Assembly (NCBI GenBank): GCA_041659345.1
Contig: JBAZYI010000001.1
Coordinates: 1 to 56,856, forward strand
DNA length: 56,856 nucleotides
Direction of reading: 5' to 3'
From: Candidatus Nanopelagicaceae bacterium
Lineage (GTDB): Bacteria; Actinomycetota; Actinomycetes; Nanopelagicales; Nanopelagicaceae
Part shown: positions 36,849 through 46,482 of the stretch, piece after piece
Position numbering within the stretch: the stretch's first letter is position 1
How the letters are laid out: each line of letters starts with the position of its first letter
The notes under the pieces: model-generated
Database searches by the model: none
What the model saw: only the letters and a program-made list of their open reading frames with translations
Told to the model about the DNA's origin: nothing
Made by a program: the position numbers and the translations under genes

Positions 36849-37798
36849 TCACTAACCTCCGGACAGGCAACGTAGTGTTTCGGCGAAACTTCTAGTAAGA
36901 GAGGCACTCGAATGCTGCACTCCGGCACTGAAATCGGACAACGCGCATGAAAGGCACAGCCAGTTGGCAAGTGTGCCGGATCTGGTACTTCACCTTGAAG
37001 TGTCTTTGAGAGAGTTTCTGGATTTCCTATAATGCTGTGATCAGGCATAGCGGCGATAAGAGCACGGGTATAGGGGTGGAAAGGTCTTTCAATGATCTGA
37101 TCCCAGCTACCAAACTCCACAATCTTTCCCAGGTACATCACTGCAATAACATCGCTTACATAGCGCACCATTGCCAGGTCGTGACTGATGAATATGTAAG
37201 TAAGTCCGTATTTGGCACGCAAATCAATTAATAAATTCATTACCTCGGCACGGACCGAAACATCTAAAGCAGATACTGGCTCGTCCAGAATGAGTAGATC
37301 TGGCTCAGATGCCAGGGCTCGCGCAATGCTCACTCGTTGTCTCTGTCCGCCCGAAAGTTGATGAGGGTAGCGATTCATGAGATCGGATGTGAGACCGACG
37401 ATTGAGAGAAGCTCCTCCACGCGTGCCACGATTTGATTCTTCGGAACCAATTTATGGACAGTGAGCACTTCAGAAATCGCTGCGCCTATCTGCTGGCGCG
37501 GGTCTAGGGATGAGTATGGATCTTGAAAAACTAATTGAACCCGTGAGCGAAGTGGGCGCAAATGATTCTTCGCCTTGTCAGCAATCTCGCCACCCTCCCA
37601 CGTGATTTTTCCAACTGTTGGCTTCTCCAAGCCAGAAATCACACGAGCGAGAGTGGATTTTCCACAGCCGCTCTCCCCCACGATGCCCAAGGTCTGGCCG
37701 TTCTCTAAAGAAATCGAGACGCCGTTGAGAGCATTGATGAGGGTGCCGGTTGCAAGAATCTTGTACTGCTTCTCGACTTTTTCAATATTTAGGCTCAT
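36845..37798 (-). CDS. ABC transporter ATP-binding protein (OppF/DppF-like)
   Basis: Start reset to ATG 37796-37798 (MSLNIEK...), giving an ATGA overlap with the previous ATPase. Walker A GESGCGKST, signature LSGGQRQR, Walker B LLILDEP, and the oligopeptide-type C-terminal Cys-rich extension are present. Confidence 0.9.
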   Translation of the reverse strand: MSLNIEKVEKQYKILATGTLINALNGVSISLENGQTLGIVGESGCGKSTLARVISGLEKPTVGKITWEGGEIADKAKNHLRPLRSRVQLVFQDPYSSLDPRQQIGAAISEVLTVHKLVPKNQIVARVEELLSIVGLTSDLMNRYPHQLSGGQRQRVSIARALASEPDLLILDEPVSALDVSVRAEVMNLLIDLRAKYGLTYIFISHDLAMVRYVSDVIAVMYLGKIVEFGSWDQIIERPFHPYTRALIAAMPDHSIIGNPETLSKTLQGEVPDPAHLPTGCAFHARCPISVPECSIRVPLLLEVSPKHYVACPEVSE

Positions 37799-38763
37799 AT
37801 TTTGGCCCCTATCGGATGAAAGCAGGAAACACTCTTTTCGAGAGTCCCGACAAGTTGGGGGATCGTGCTGCTGCACTCGGGTCTGGCTTTAAAGCAACGT
37901 GGTGCAAAGGAGCAAGATTGACCTACGAGCCATGGCTTCTGAGGAACACCAGCAATAGACGTGAGACGTTTACGTTCTTTATCAGCAGTTGTCGGAAGTG
38001 ATGAGAGAAGACCATACGTATATGGATGTTGTGGATTAGTAAAGATCTCTTTCACTGTGCCCGCTTCCACAATGCGGCCTGCGTACATGACAATGAGTCT
38101 GTCGACCAGGTTGGCAACTACACCGAGATCATGGGTAATCCAGAGCATCGACATATTGCGCTTACGTCGCTCATCGGCCACCAACGCCAAAATTTGCTGC
38201 TGAATTGTGACATCCAGGGCTGTTGTTGGCTCATCAGCGATGAGTAGTTTTGGAGAGAGAATGAGAGCCATAGCGATCATTACTCGTTGCCGCATTCCAC
38301 CCGAGAATTCATGCGGGTAACTCTCCATTGCACGAGCGACGTCGGGAATGCCAACTTCCGTCAATGCATCACGTACTCGCTGATCTGTATTGCTATCCGC
38401 CTTTTCATGCGACTCAATGACCTCGCGAAGTTGCTTTCCAAGCTTCATCACTGGATTCAATGCCGTCATGGGGTCTTGATAGACCATTGAAATATCAGAT
38501 CCTCGTATCTTGCGCATTTCCTCCGAGGAGATGGTATTCAAATCAATGCCGTTGTACTTGATCGACCCTTGCGTCACCGCAACCCCGCGCGGCAGAAGTC
38601 CAAGTATCGAAAGCGCGGTCAGTGTTTTACCAGAGCCACTCTCGCCCACTACGCCAACGGCTTCGCCTTCGTGAATTTCGAAAGTGACATCGTTGATGAG
38701 AATACGTGGATCTTGGATAGTGGAGATAGCGAGATTCTCTACCGAGAGAAGCGGGGCACTCAT
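37795..38763 (-). CDS. ABC transporter ATP-binding protein (OppD/DppD-like)
   Basis: Start reset to ATG 38761-38763 ([11 protein letters not shown]...), giving an ATGA overlap with the permease stop. Walker A GESGSGKT, signature FSGGMRQR, Walker B LLIADEP. Confidence 0.9.
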   Translation of the reverse strand: MSAPLLSVENLAISTIQDPRILINDVTFEIHEGEAVGVVGESGSGKTLTALSILGLLPRGVAVTQGSIKYNGIDLNTISSEEMRKIRGSDISMVYQDPMTALNPVMKLGKQLREVIESHEKADSNTDQRVRDALTEVGIPDVARAMESYPHEFSGGMRQRVMIAMALILSPKLLIADEPTTALDVTIQQQILALVADERRKRNMSMLWITHDLGVVANLVDRLIVMYAGRIVEAGTVKEIFTNPQHPYTYGLLSSLPTTADKERKRLTSIAGVPQKPWLVGQSCSFAPRCFKARPECSSTIPQLVGTLEKSVSCFHPIGAKI

Positions 38764-39620
38764 GAACTCCTCCGCGCAGGATCCCATGCGTCACGAAGTC
38801 CATCTCCAACTAGGTTAAGTCCAACTACGACGATCGTGATGAAAAGGGAGGGAAAGGCGAGAGTCCACCAAGCAAATGCTGCCAGCGACTGTGCATCAGA
38901 AACCATAAGACCCAAAGAAGCATCGGGTGGTTGCGTGCCCAAGCCCAAGAAGCTCAATCCTGACTCAGTGAGGATTGCCCACGAAAGTGAGAGTGCAGTC
39001 TGGACGACAATTGGGGCTGTGACGTTAGGGAGAATATGTTTGAGGAGAATTCGGGGAGAGGAATATCCAAGGATTCTTGAGACCTTTACATAATCCATCT
39101 CCTTCACGGCCAAGACTGGCCCGCGAGCCACTCGAATGAAGATTGGCGTATAAACAATGGCGATCGAAAAGGCGGTATCAATCCAGGAGTTACCTAAGCT
39201 GCTTACGATAGCCAAAGCCAAGAGAATCGCAGGGAAGGCGAAGATGACATCGCTCAGACGCGTAATGAGCATGTCGAACCACTTGCCCAAATAACCACCC
39301 AAGATCCCCAAGGCGACGCCCACGGAGGCCGCAATTGAAACCGCCACTATTGAGACTGTCAATGACCGGCGAAGTCCATCTAAGGTTCGGGAAAAGATAT
39401 CTCGGCCAAATTGATCGGTACCAAACCAATATCTCCCTGATGGCCCCTTCAAAATATCATCCACATTCTGGTTCAACGGATCATGCGGCAACCAACCAAA
39501 AGCCGAACACAGTGCTCCACCAACCATTATAAAAACCAAGATCGCGCCAATAATTCCGCTCGTACTCTGCATGTAGTAGTGGAGTCCGCCCTTGGTTGTT
39601 CTCTCTTTCGGCTTCATCAC
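38760..39620 (-). CDS. ABC transporter permease (OppC/DppC-like)
   Basis: 286 aa polytopic protein with a BPD_transp_1-type EAA region. Stop-start overlap with the upstream permease (GTGATG). Confidence 0.9.
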   Translation of the reverse strand: MMKPKERTTKGGLHYYMQSTSGIIGAILVFIMVGGALCSAFGWLPHDPLNQNVDDILKGPSGRYWFGTDQFGRDIFSRTLDGLRRSLTVSIVAVSIAASVGVALGILGGYLGKWFDMLITRLSDVIFAFPAILLALAIVSSLGNSWIDTAFSIAIVYTPIFIRVARGPVLAVKEMDYVKVSRILGYSSPRILLKHILPNVTAPIVVQTALSLSWAILTESGLSFLGLGTQPPDASLGLMVSDAQSLAAFAWWTLAFPSLFITIVVVGLNLVGDGLRDAWDPARRSS

Positions 39621-40600
39621 TTAATCCTCGGATCGATTTTGCGATAAATGACGTCGGTCAGAACGTTGATAGTTACGAACATAATCGCAAATATCATGAC
39701 GCTGCTCTGTACCGTTGCGTACTCACGCTTAGTGATCGCATCCAACACTTGTCGGCCCATTCCTGGCAGTGCAAATATCTTCTCAACAATTACGGCGCCA
39801 CCAAGAAGGTAGCCAAACTGAATTCCTGTCATTGTGACGATCGGAATCAGAGAGTTTCTAAGGACGTGGCGAAACTGAACCTTACGTGGCGGAACACCTT
39901 TGCCGTGTGCTGTACGTATGAAATCCTTATCTACCGTCTCCAATAGAGCTGATCGAGTTGTTCTCATAATGGGAGCAGCCACTGCAATGCCTAGGACTAG
40001 GCCCGGGAACATCATCTGTTGAAAGTTAACCCAGGGGTCTTCCCATGGAGTCATGTACTCCAGACCATTTGGAAGAAAATGAAAAACATTGGCCATGATT
40101 GTCACCATTGCAGTGCTCAAGACGAATCCTGGAATCGCCAATGCCAGCAAGCCAAATAACTGTCCACCGAAGTCACGGAAACTACCTGGTTTACGTGCGC
40201 TGAACATTCCGATCGCGATACCCATGATGACGCCCAGAATGGTGCCGATGAGAGCAAGTTCGATCGTCACTGGTAGTGCTGACTTCGTCAATTGCATCAC
40301 AGATACCCCGGTTGAGAAAGAATATCCAAAGTGCCCGCTCAGGAAGCTCTTCATCCATGATAAGTATTGGAGAAACAGGGATTGATCGATGCCGTAGTAG
40401 TGTCGTAATTCGGCGATTTGCCCTGGCGTTAATACTCCAGTCTCTATTCCGAAAGAGCCGGTAATCGTGTCGCCTGGAATGACACGAAGCACTAAGAAGA
40501 CAAAGACGGAGATACCAAAGAGTGTCGTGATAATGCTGAAGATACGTACCGTGATGGAGGAAAAAAGGAACCGCTGCAGTTTAGTTACGCCCTGCATCAC
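39617..40600 (-). CDS. ABC transporter permease (OppB/DppB-like)
   Basis: 327 aa polytopic protein. Strong SD AAGGAGGGGAG lies upstream of the GTG/ATG at 40600/40597. Confidence 0.9.
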   Translation of the reverse strand: MMQGVTKLQRFLFSSITVRIFSIITTLFGISVFVFLVLRVIPGDTITGSFGIETGVLTPGQIAELRHYYGIDQSLFLQYLSWMKSFLSGHFGYSFSTGVSVMQLTKSALPVTIELALIGTILGVIMGIAIGMFSARKPGSFRDFGGQLFGLLALAIPGFVLSTAMVTIMANVFHFLPNGLEYMTPWEDPWVNFQQMMFPGLVLGIAVAAPIMRTTRSALLETVDKDFIRTAHGKGVPPRKVQFRHVLRNSLIPIVTMTGIQFGYLLGGAVIVEKIFALPGMGRQVLDAITKREYATVQSSVMIFAIMFVTINVLTDVIYRKIDPRIK

Positions 40601-40667
40601 CGGTTACTCCCCTCCTTGAGAATTCTTCGAATTAGCTACGAGATTCACAGACCAAATAGATATAAAT

Positions 40668-40705
40668 GGGAACGGTGTGGAGATAGAAATCTACACACCG
40701 TTCCC
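40668..40705 (-). terminator. Intercistronic stem-loop (12-bp perfect stem, 14-nt loop) just after the SBP gene; possible attenuator or mRNA stabiliser
   Basis: GGGAACGGTGTG (40668-40679) pairs with CACACCGTTCCC (40694-40705). On the transcribed strand it begins 8 nt after the SBP stop and is followed by AUUUAUAUCUAUUU. Confidence 0.45.
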
Positions 40706-40712
40706 TACTTAT

Positions 40713-42227
40713 CTAGTTCAGGTCTGCTTTGCGAAGTTCAAGTAGTGAACCAGTCGCTAGCGGAATGAATCCGGTCAACTTCTTTGAAGTAACACGGTAC
40801 TCGTATGGCGAGAAGAGCCAAATCCAGACTGCGTTATTTTCAAGTTCCTGAGAAATGGCTTTGTACGCAAGCCTTCTCTGGGTTACGTTGCCGGTGGACT
40901 TGCCCTTTGCAAAGAGCGCATCAAGGGTTGCTGATGAATAACCTGCGACCTTATTTAGGTTGCCGGTTGAGGTGAAATAACGGGTGTACATCGTGTCTGG
41001 ATCGATACGTCCACCATTATTTGCAATGGAAGTGGCGAAATCAGCAGCCAACCAACGAGATACGAAAGTTGAGTCATCCACCAATTCGAGATCCATAGTG
41101 ATGCCAGCCTTTGCCAATTGAGCTTTCAAGCTCTGTGCAACCGCAGATGCAGTCGCGAATTGAGTAGGAGCTACCATTGTCTTAATGGTGAGACCGTTTG
41201 GATAACCCGCAGTTGTTAGATACTGCTTAGCCTTAGCAATGTCCGCCTTTGGACAAGGGCGATCATTAGGATTGGATTTGTAGGCTGGGCTGGTGATTGG
41301 TCCTATGACGGTTCCCTCACCAGATTGAGCGGTCTTTACAACTTCAGCCCGATCGATAGCGCATTGAATCGCTAAGCGAACATTCACATTGTCCAAAGGA
41401 GCTTTCTTGGCGTTCAACTGAAGTGCCATGTAAGCAAGAGCAGGTGTCTTGTACTTTTTCAGATTAGAACCAACCTGCTTAGCGATCAGTGGATCGGTAA
41501 TAACTGCGAACTCCACTGTTCCAGCGTTGAGAGCAGACAGCACTGATGACTCACTTGGAATCACGCGGAAAGTGACGGTATCCAACTTTGGAGTCTTACC
41601 CCAATATGTTGGATTCTTTGCCAACTTAACAGACTGACCTGGTTCCCAAGAAACGTACTTGAATGGTCCAGTTCCGTTGACGACCTTGCCAACGTTGCCG
41701 GCTTTGATGTCATCACTGGAAAGCATCGCAATGTTGACGCCATCTAGCGAAGCCAAAATTGCTGCGTTAGGGGTGGTCAGATCTAGATTGACATCGTACT
41801 TAGTGACCGCAGTAACGCTCTTGATTGTGAGCAAGTTTGCCCGTGCTGCGGCCTTATTGACAGGGTCAAGAATTCGCTCAATAGACGCCTTGACATCTGT
41901 TGCATCGAAGGCAGATCCATCTTGGAATTTCACATTCTTGCGAAGGTGCAGACGCAACTGGGTACCAGCAGCGTTAAAGGCCCAGGATGTTGCTAGTCCA
42001 GAGCGAATATCAAGCTTGGGACCAACTTCAACCAAACTGCCATAGACCAGGCCAAGTGCACGTACTGTTGCAAAACTGGTTGCGCCCTGCGGGTCTAACT
42101 TGTCGATATCAAGAGTGATACCGATGACAAGATCCTTGCTCGCGGCCTGTGCTGGCGCCACGAAAGCAACCCCAGCCACGAGTGCCGCGGAGACACCTAC
42201 GACTGCAATTTTCTTTCTTAATTTCAC
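40713..42227 (-). CDS. ABC transporter substrate-binding protein, family 5 (peptide/nickel, MppA/OppA/DppA-like)
   Basis: 504 aa with a GTG start at 42225-42227 (an in-frame TAA lies immediately upstream). Signal peptide MKLRKKIAVVGVSAALVAGVAFVAPAQA with no lipobox cysteine. Family-5 SBP-like sequence throughout. Confidence 0.9.
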   Translation of the reverse strand: MKLRKKIAVVGVSAALVAGVAFVAPAQAASKDLVIGITLDIDKLDPQGATSFATVRALGLVYGSLVEVGPKLDIRSGLATSWAFNAAGTQLRLHLRKNVKFQDGSAFDATDVKASIERILDPVNKAAARANLLTIKSVTAVTKYDVNLDLTTPNAAILASLDGVNIAMLSSDDIKAGNVGKVVNGTGPFKYVSWEPGQSVKLAKNPTYWGKTPKLDTVTFRVIPSESSVLSALNAGTVEFAVITDPLIAKQVGSNLKKYKTPALAYMALQLNAKKAPLDNVNVRLAIQCAIDRAEVVKTAQSGEGTVIGPITSPAYKSNPNDRPCPKADIAKAKQYLTTAGYPNGLTIKTMVAPTQFATASAVAQSLKAQLAKAGITMDLELVDDSTFVSRWLAADFATSIANNGGRIDPDTMYTRYFTSTGNLNKVAGYSSATLDALFAKGKSTGNVTQRRLAYKAISQELENNAVWIWLFSPYEYRVTSKKLTGFIPLATGSLLELRKADLN

Positions 42228-42236
42228 TTATTTCCC

Positions 42237-42252
42237 CTTTCAAGGTTGAAAG
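42237..42252. promoter_or_regulatory. Perfect 16-bp palindrome CTTTCAAGGTTGAAAG, 10 nt upstream of the SBP start codon
   Basis: Read directly. Its promoter-distal arm overlaps the purine-rich SD region (TTGAAAGGGGAAATAAGTG on the coding strand). It could be a protein operator or an RBS-occluding hairpin. Confidence 0.35.
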
Positions 42253-42409
42253 ACATCGGTAGCGGCATCATGAAAAAAAACTTCATAGACCCTGTCCATC
42301 CGTGGAAATCATTGCCTCAAAGTTGGAGTTGGTCAAGTGGAGCTAGGCGGAGAGCCTCATAACGTTCGCGTAACTTTCCGACGAGACGAGTGGGAGTTGA
42401 AAGGAAGAA

Positions 42410-43324
42410 CTACTTCACATTTAGCGCTTCCTGGATGCGATTGGAGCCCGCCCGCAATCGCTCGCGTGCACTCGGGGCATCCACGCTCAGAAGGAGCATC
42501 ACAATTGCCACTTTCACTTCATTTCCAGAATCTTGCAGCGCTGCCGTTGCATCTGTGTGAGAGGCACCAGTGGCCTGCATAATGATTCGAACCGCTCTAT
42601 CTCGGAGTTTTTCATTGGTGATCTGTAAATCCACCATCAAATTGCCAAATGTCTTGCCCAGCCGGACCATTGTGATCGTTGAGATCATGTTCAGTACCAA
42701 CTTCTGAGCTGTCCCGGATTTCAGTCGTGTCGACCCAGCCAGCAGTTCGGGTCCGGAGTCGATTTCGAGAGGGTGCTCTACATCCTTAGATATCTGCGAA
42801 TCTGGATTGGACGTCAGCCCGATCGTCAGAGCTCCGATCTGCCTTGCGTATGCGAGCCCTCCTTTGACATATGGAGTCCGACCGCTGGCAGCAATTCCCA
42901 CCACGCAATCCTCGGGTCGAAGGTTGATGGATTTGAGATCCTTCTGCCCCCCCTGGAAATCATCTTCAGCTCCTTCAACTGAATGGATCAGCGCGCGTTC
43001 CCCGCCAGCCATCAGTCCAAGGACTTGGGTCTCTGATACAGAGAATGTAGGTCCGCACTCGACAGCATCCAGCACTCCAAGTCGACCGGACGTTCCGGCT
43101 CCAATATAAATCAATCTCCCACCGCGCATCATTCGCTCAACAATTGCTTCAATGGCACGTTCAATCTTGGGAAGCTCAAGTGCGATGGCCTTGGGAACTT
43201 CTGCATCACCTTCATTCATTGCACGAAGAAGTTCAGAAACACTCATCTGATCTAAGTGCTGAAATTTGGAATTCACCTGCTCCGTGCGAAGTAAGCCGAG
43301 AGATGAATCTTTGGTGCCGCCCAT
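42410..43324 (-). CDS. murQ: N-acetylmuramic acid 6-phosphate etherase
   Basis: Start reset to ATG 43322-43324, preceded by SD GGAAGG. The track ORF begins at a TTG at 43384 with no SD. SIS motif IGAGTSGRLGVLDAVECGPTF and the MurQ-like C-terminal region are present. Confidence 0.92.
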   Translation of the reverse strand: MGGTKDSSLGLLRTEQVNSKFQHLDQMSVSELLRAMNEGDAEVPKAIALELPKIERAIEAIVERMMRGGRLIYIGAGTSGRLGVLDAVECGPTFSVSETQVLGLMAGGERALIHSVEGAEDDFQGGQKDLKSINLRPEDCVVGIAASGRTPYVKGGLAYARQIGALTIGLTSNPDSQISKDVEHPLEIDSGPELLAGSTRLKSGTAQKLVLNMISTITMVRLGKTFGNLMVDLQITNEKLRDRAVRIIMQATGASHTDATAALQDSGNEVKVAIVMLLLSVDAPSARERLRAGSNRIQEALNVK

Positions 43325-43404
43325 ATATGACCTTCCGTTCAAATCAAGGTTTTGTTGCACGTAGTTTCGTTGGAAACAGTTCAATATATGTCTAGGCTAA
43401 AGAT

Positions 43405-43974
43405 GTGTCCAATTATCTGACTGTGGTGGCGATAATTACCTTCGCAAATATGCTCCCTGCGTTCGCGCCCCCAACCTGGTCACTTCTCGTTTTCTTTACA
43501 ATGAGATACCACTTGGACCCTGTCGCACTAGTCCTCTGCGGAGTTGCGAGCGCAACAATGGGGCGCACAATCCTTGCCTACTCCTTCCGCGCAATTCGAA
43601 ATTGGTTGCCAAAAGGATACGTCGCCAACATGGAAACCATGGGGACACAGATCGAGAAAAACCGGAGTCGAGTCTTCGGACTCTTAGCTCTTTTCTTTAT
43701 TTCCCCGCTCTCATCAGCACAACTTTTTGAGGGAGCTGGAATAATCAAGCGGATCAACCTGAAACCATTACTAATTGCCTTCGCGGGTGGACGGCTCATT
43801 AGTTATTCATTCTACGTCACAAGTGCGAGCGCACTAAAGGACACCTCGCTCGGAAAGCTCAGTACCCGCGAGATCACGTCGCCTTGGGCAATTGCGATTC
43901 AGGTGCTCCTGATCCTCGCACTCGTCGCCTTAGGCAACGTGAAATGGAACGGCAAGAAAGACCCGGCAGAGTAA
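43405..43974 (+). CDS. Integral membrane protein of unknown function (possibly DedA/VTT-like)
   Basis: 189 aa with 4-5 hydrophobic helices and a GTG start. The family assignment is a weak guess. Confidence 0.55.
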   Translation: MSNYLTVVAIITFANMLPAFAPPTWSLLVFFTMRYHLDPVALVLCGVASATMGRTILAYSFRAIRNWLPKGYVANMETMGTQIEKNRSRVFGLLALFFISPLSSAQLFEGAGIIKRINLKPLLIAFAGGRLISYSFYVTSASALKDTSLGKLSTREITSPWAIAIQVLLILALVALGNVKWNGKKDPAE

Positions 43975-43980
43975 CCGTTC

Positions 43981-46482
43981 TTAGGCGGTTGGTGCCTCGG
44001 TGAGATCACTAGGTGTGTCAGGCATCAGCGATTTCGGAGAACCGACAAAAGTGAACTTGGCTTCAGCGCCTTCACCTTCGACATCAACCAGCACAATTTC
44101 GCCGGCTTTAAGTTCGCCAAAAAGAATCTTCTCAGAAAGGCTATCTTCGATCTCACGTTGAATTGTCCGTCGGAGTGGCCTGGCACCAAGGAGAGGGTCG
44201 TATCCACGTGCCGCCAGCAAGTTCTTCGCCGCCGTCGTGAGTTCGATGCCCATATCTTTCGCCTTGAGGCGCTCATCAAGATTGGTAATCATAAGATCGA
44301 CAATTTGAATGATTTCCATCTTCGTCAACTGGTGGAAGACGATGATGTCATCGATACGATTGAGGAATTCGGGACGGAAATGAGTCTTCAACTCATCACC
44401 AACTTTCGCCTTCATCCGCTCGTAATTGGACATTTCATCTTCGGAATTGGCAAAGCCCAGACCAGCACCCTTTGAGATATCGCGTGTGCCAAGGTTGGTA
44501 GTCATGATGATGACGGTGTTCTTGAAATCAACGAGCCGTCCTTGTGCGTCAGTCAGGTGGCCGTCTTCAAGAACTTGAAGCAGTGAGTTGAAGATATCTG
44601 GGTGTGCTTTCTCAATTTCATCAAAGAGCACGACAGAGAAAGGCTTGCGACGCACTTTCTCGGTGAGCTGGCCACCCTCGTCATAACCAACATATCCGGG
44701 AGGTGCTCCGAAAAGACGTGAAGCAGTATGACGCTCGGAGTACTCGGACATATCAAGTTGGATGAGCGCATCTGCTGTTCCAAAAAGGAATGCAGCAAGA
44801 GTTCGGGAGAGTTCGGTCTTGCCGACACCGGATGGCCCTGCGAAAATGAAGGAGCCACCGGGACGTTTTGGATCTTTCAATCCTGCGCGCGTGCGGCGGA
44901 TTGCTTGCGAGAGTGCCTTTATGGCCTGATCCTGCCCGATCACGCGGCGGTGCAACTCATCCTCCATGTGAAGAAGTCGTGCAGTCTCTTCTTCAGTCAA
45001 CTTAAAGACCGGGATTCCCGTTGCGGTTGAAAGTACTTCGGCAATGAGTTCTTCATCTACCTCAGTGACCATGTCGAGGTCGCCAGCTTTCCAGTTCTTT
45101 TCACGCTCATGCTTCTCGCTGATCAGATTCTTCTCTGTGTCGCGAAGAGCGGCAGCCTTTTCAAAGTCCTGGCTATCAATAGCCGACTCTTTGTCGCGTC
45201 GAACGTTGGCAATCTTCTCGTCAAATTCACGCAACTCGGGAGGTGCAGTCAATCGACGGATGCGCAGGCGCGATCCTGCCTCATCAATCAAATCGATTGC
45301 CTTGTCTGGCAAGAATCGATCGGAAACATATCGGTCTGCAAGAGTCGCAGCAGCAACGAGTGCCGCATCAGAAATCGAAACGCGGTGATGCGACTCGTAA
45401 CGATCTCGCAGACCTTTAAGGATTGCGATGGTGTGCTCGAGAGTTGGCTCGGCCACTTGAATTGGCTGAAAGCGACGCTCCAGTGCAGCATCCTTCTCCA
45501 GGTGCTTACGGTACTCGTCAAGCGTTGTGGCACCAATCGTCTGGAGTTCGCCACGAGCAAGCATTGGCTTCAAAATGCTCGCGGCATCGATTGCACCTTC
45601 TGCAGCTCCCGCACCAACAAGCGTATGAATCTCATCGATAAAGAGAATGATGTCGCCCCGTGTGCGAATCTCTTTGAGGACTTTCTTCAACCGCTCTTCA
45701 AAATCTCCCCGGTAGCGACTTCCCGCTACGAGTGCACCAAGATCGAGTGAGTAAAGTTGCTTGTCTTTCAACATCTCCGGAACATCTCCGCGCACGATTG
45801 CCTGAGCAAGTCCCTCAACCACCGCGGTTTTACCAACACCCGGCTCTCCAATGAGTACTGGGTTGTTCTTGGTACGTCGCGACAGAACCTGCATCACTCT
45901 TTCGATTTCCTTCTCGCGCCCAATGACTGGATCAAGTTTTCCTTCGCGAGCAGCTTGGGTGAGATTGCGGCCAAATTGATCCAGAACCAGGGATGTCGAT
46001 GGAGTGCCTTCAGCGGGGCCTCCAGTGGTGACAGTCTCTTTGCCCTGATATCCCGAAAGAAGTTGAATTACTTGCTGGCGTACCCGTGCGAGATCTGCGC
46101 CAAGTTTCATGAGAACCTGCGCGGCTACGCCTTCGCCCTCACGGATAAGGCCAAGCAAAATATGTTCGGTGCCAATGTAGTTATGGCCCAATTGAAGAGC
46201 CTCTCGAAGTGATAGTTCCAGAACCTTCTTTGCCCGAGGCGTAAATGGGATATGACCACTTGGTGCTTGCTGGCCTTGTCCGATGATCTCTTCAACCTGG
46301 GAGCGAACCGCCTCCAGGGAGATACCTAGGGATTCGAGGGCTTTAGCAGCGACGCCTTCGCCTTCGTGAATGAGGCCAAGGAGGATGTGCTCGGTGCCGA
46401 TGTAATTATGGTTGAGCATGCGAGCTTCTTCTTGGGCCAGGACAACGACCCGTCTTGCTCTATCCGTAAAGCGCTCAAACAT
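43981..46482 (-). CDS. clpC: ATP-dependent Clp protease ATP-binding subunit ClpC
   Basis: 833 aa with N-terminus [21 protein letters not shown] (Clp_N repeats) and two AAA+ modules ([16 protein letters not shown]) joined by a UVR-like linker. Confidence 0.97.
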   Translation of the reverse strand: MFERFTDRARRVVVLAQEEARMLNHNYIGTEHILLGLIHEGEGVAAKALESLGISLEAVRSQVEEIIGQGQQAPSGHIPFTPRAKKVLELSLREALQLGHNYIGTEHILLGLIREGEGVAAQVLMKLGADLARVRQQVIQLLSGYQGKETVTTGGPAEGTPSTSLVLDQFGRNLTQAAREGKLDPVIGREKEIERVMQVLSRRTKNNPVLIGEPGVGKTAVVEGLAQAIVRGDVPEMLKDKQLYSLDLGALVAGSRYRGDFEERLKKVLKEIRTRGDIILFIDEIHTLVGAGAAEGAIDAASILKPMLARGELQTIGATTLDEYRKHLEKDAALERRFQPIQVAEPTLEHTIAILKGLRDRYESHHRVSISDAALVAAATLADRYVSDRFLPDKAIDLIDEAGSRLRIRRLTAPPELREFDEKIANVRRDKESAIDSQDFEKAAALRDTEKNLISEKHEREKNWKAGDLDMVTEVDEELIAEVLSTATGIPVFKLTEEETARLLHMEDELHRRVIGQDQAIKALSQAIRRTRAGLKDPKRPGGSFIFAGPSGVGKTELSRTLAAFLFGTADALIQLDMSEYSERHTASRLFGAPPGYVGYDEGGQLTEKVRRKPFSVVLFDEIEKAHPDIFNSLLQVLEDGHLTDAQGRLVDFKNTVIIMTTNLGTRDISKGAGLGFANSEDEMSNYERMKAKVGDELKTHFRPEFLNRIDDIIVFHQLTKMEIIQIVDLMITNLDERLKAKDMGIELTTAAKNLLAARGYDPLLGARPLRRTIQREIEDSLSEKILFGELKAGEIVLVDVEGEGAEAKFTFVGSPKSLMPDTPSDLTEAPTA

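Noticed and set aside
42240-43351. Shared 8-mer TCAAGGTT upstream of both the SBP gene (42240-42247) and murQ (43344-43351), and a GTTTC-N4-GAAAC mini-palindrome at 43364-43377, as a possible common MurR box
   Set aside because: One shared 8-mer between two regions of about 100-180 nt is roughly what chance predicts. The two palindromes differ in spacing (N6 versus N4). This is not enough to call a regulon motif without more sites.
45109-45750. 213-aa plus-strand ORF antisense to clpC
   Set aside because: clpC on the opposite strand is unambiguous. This ORF has no motifs.
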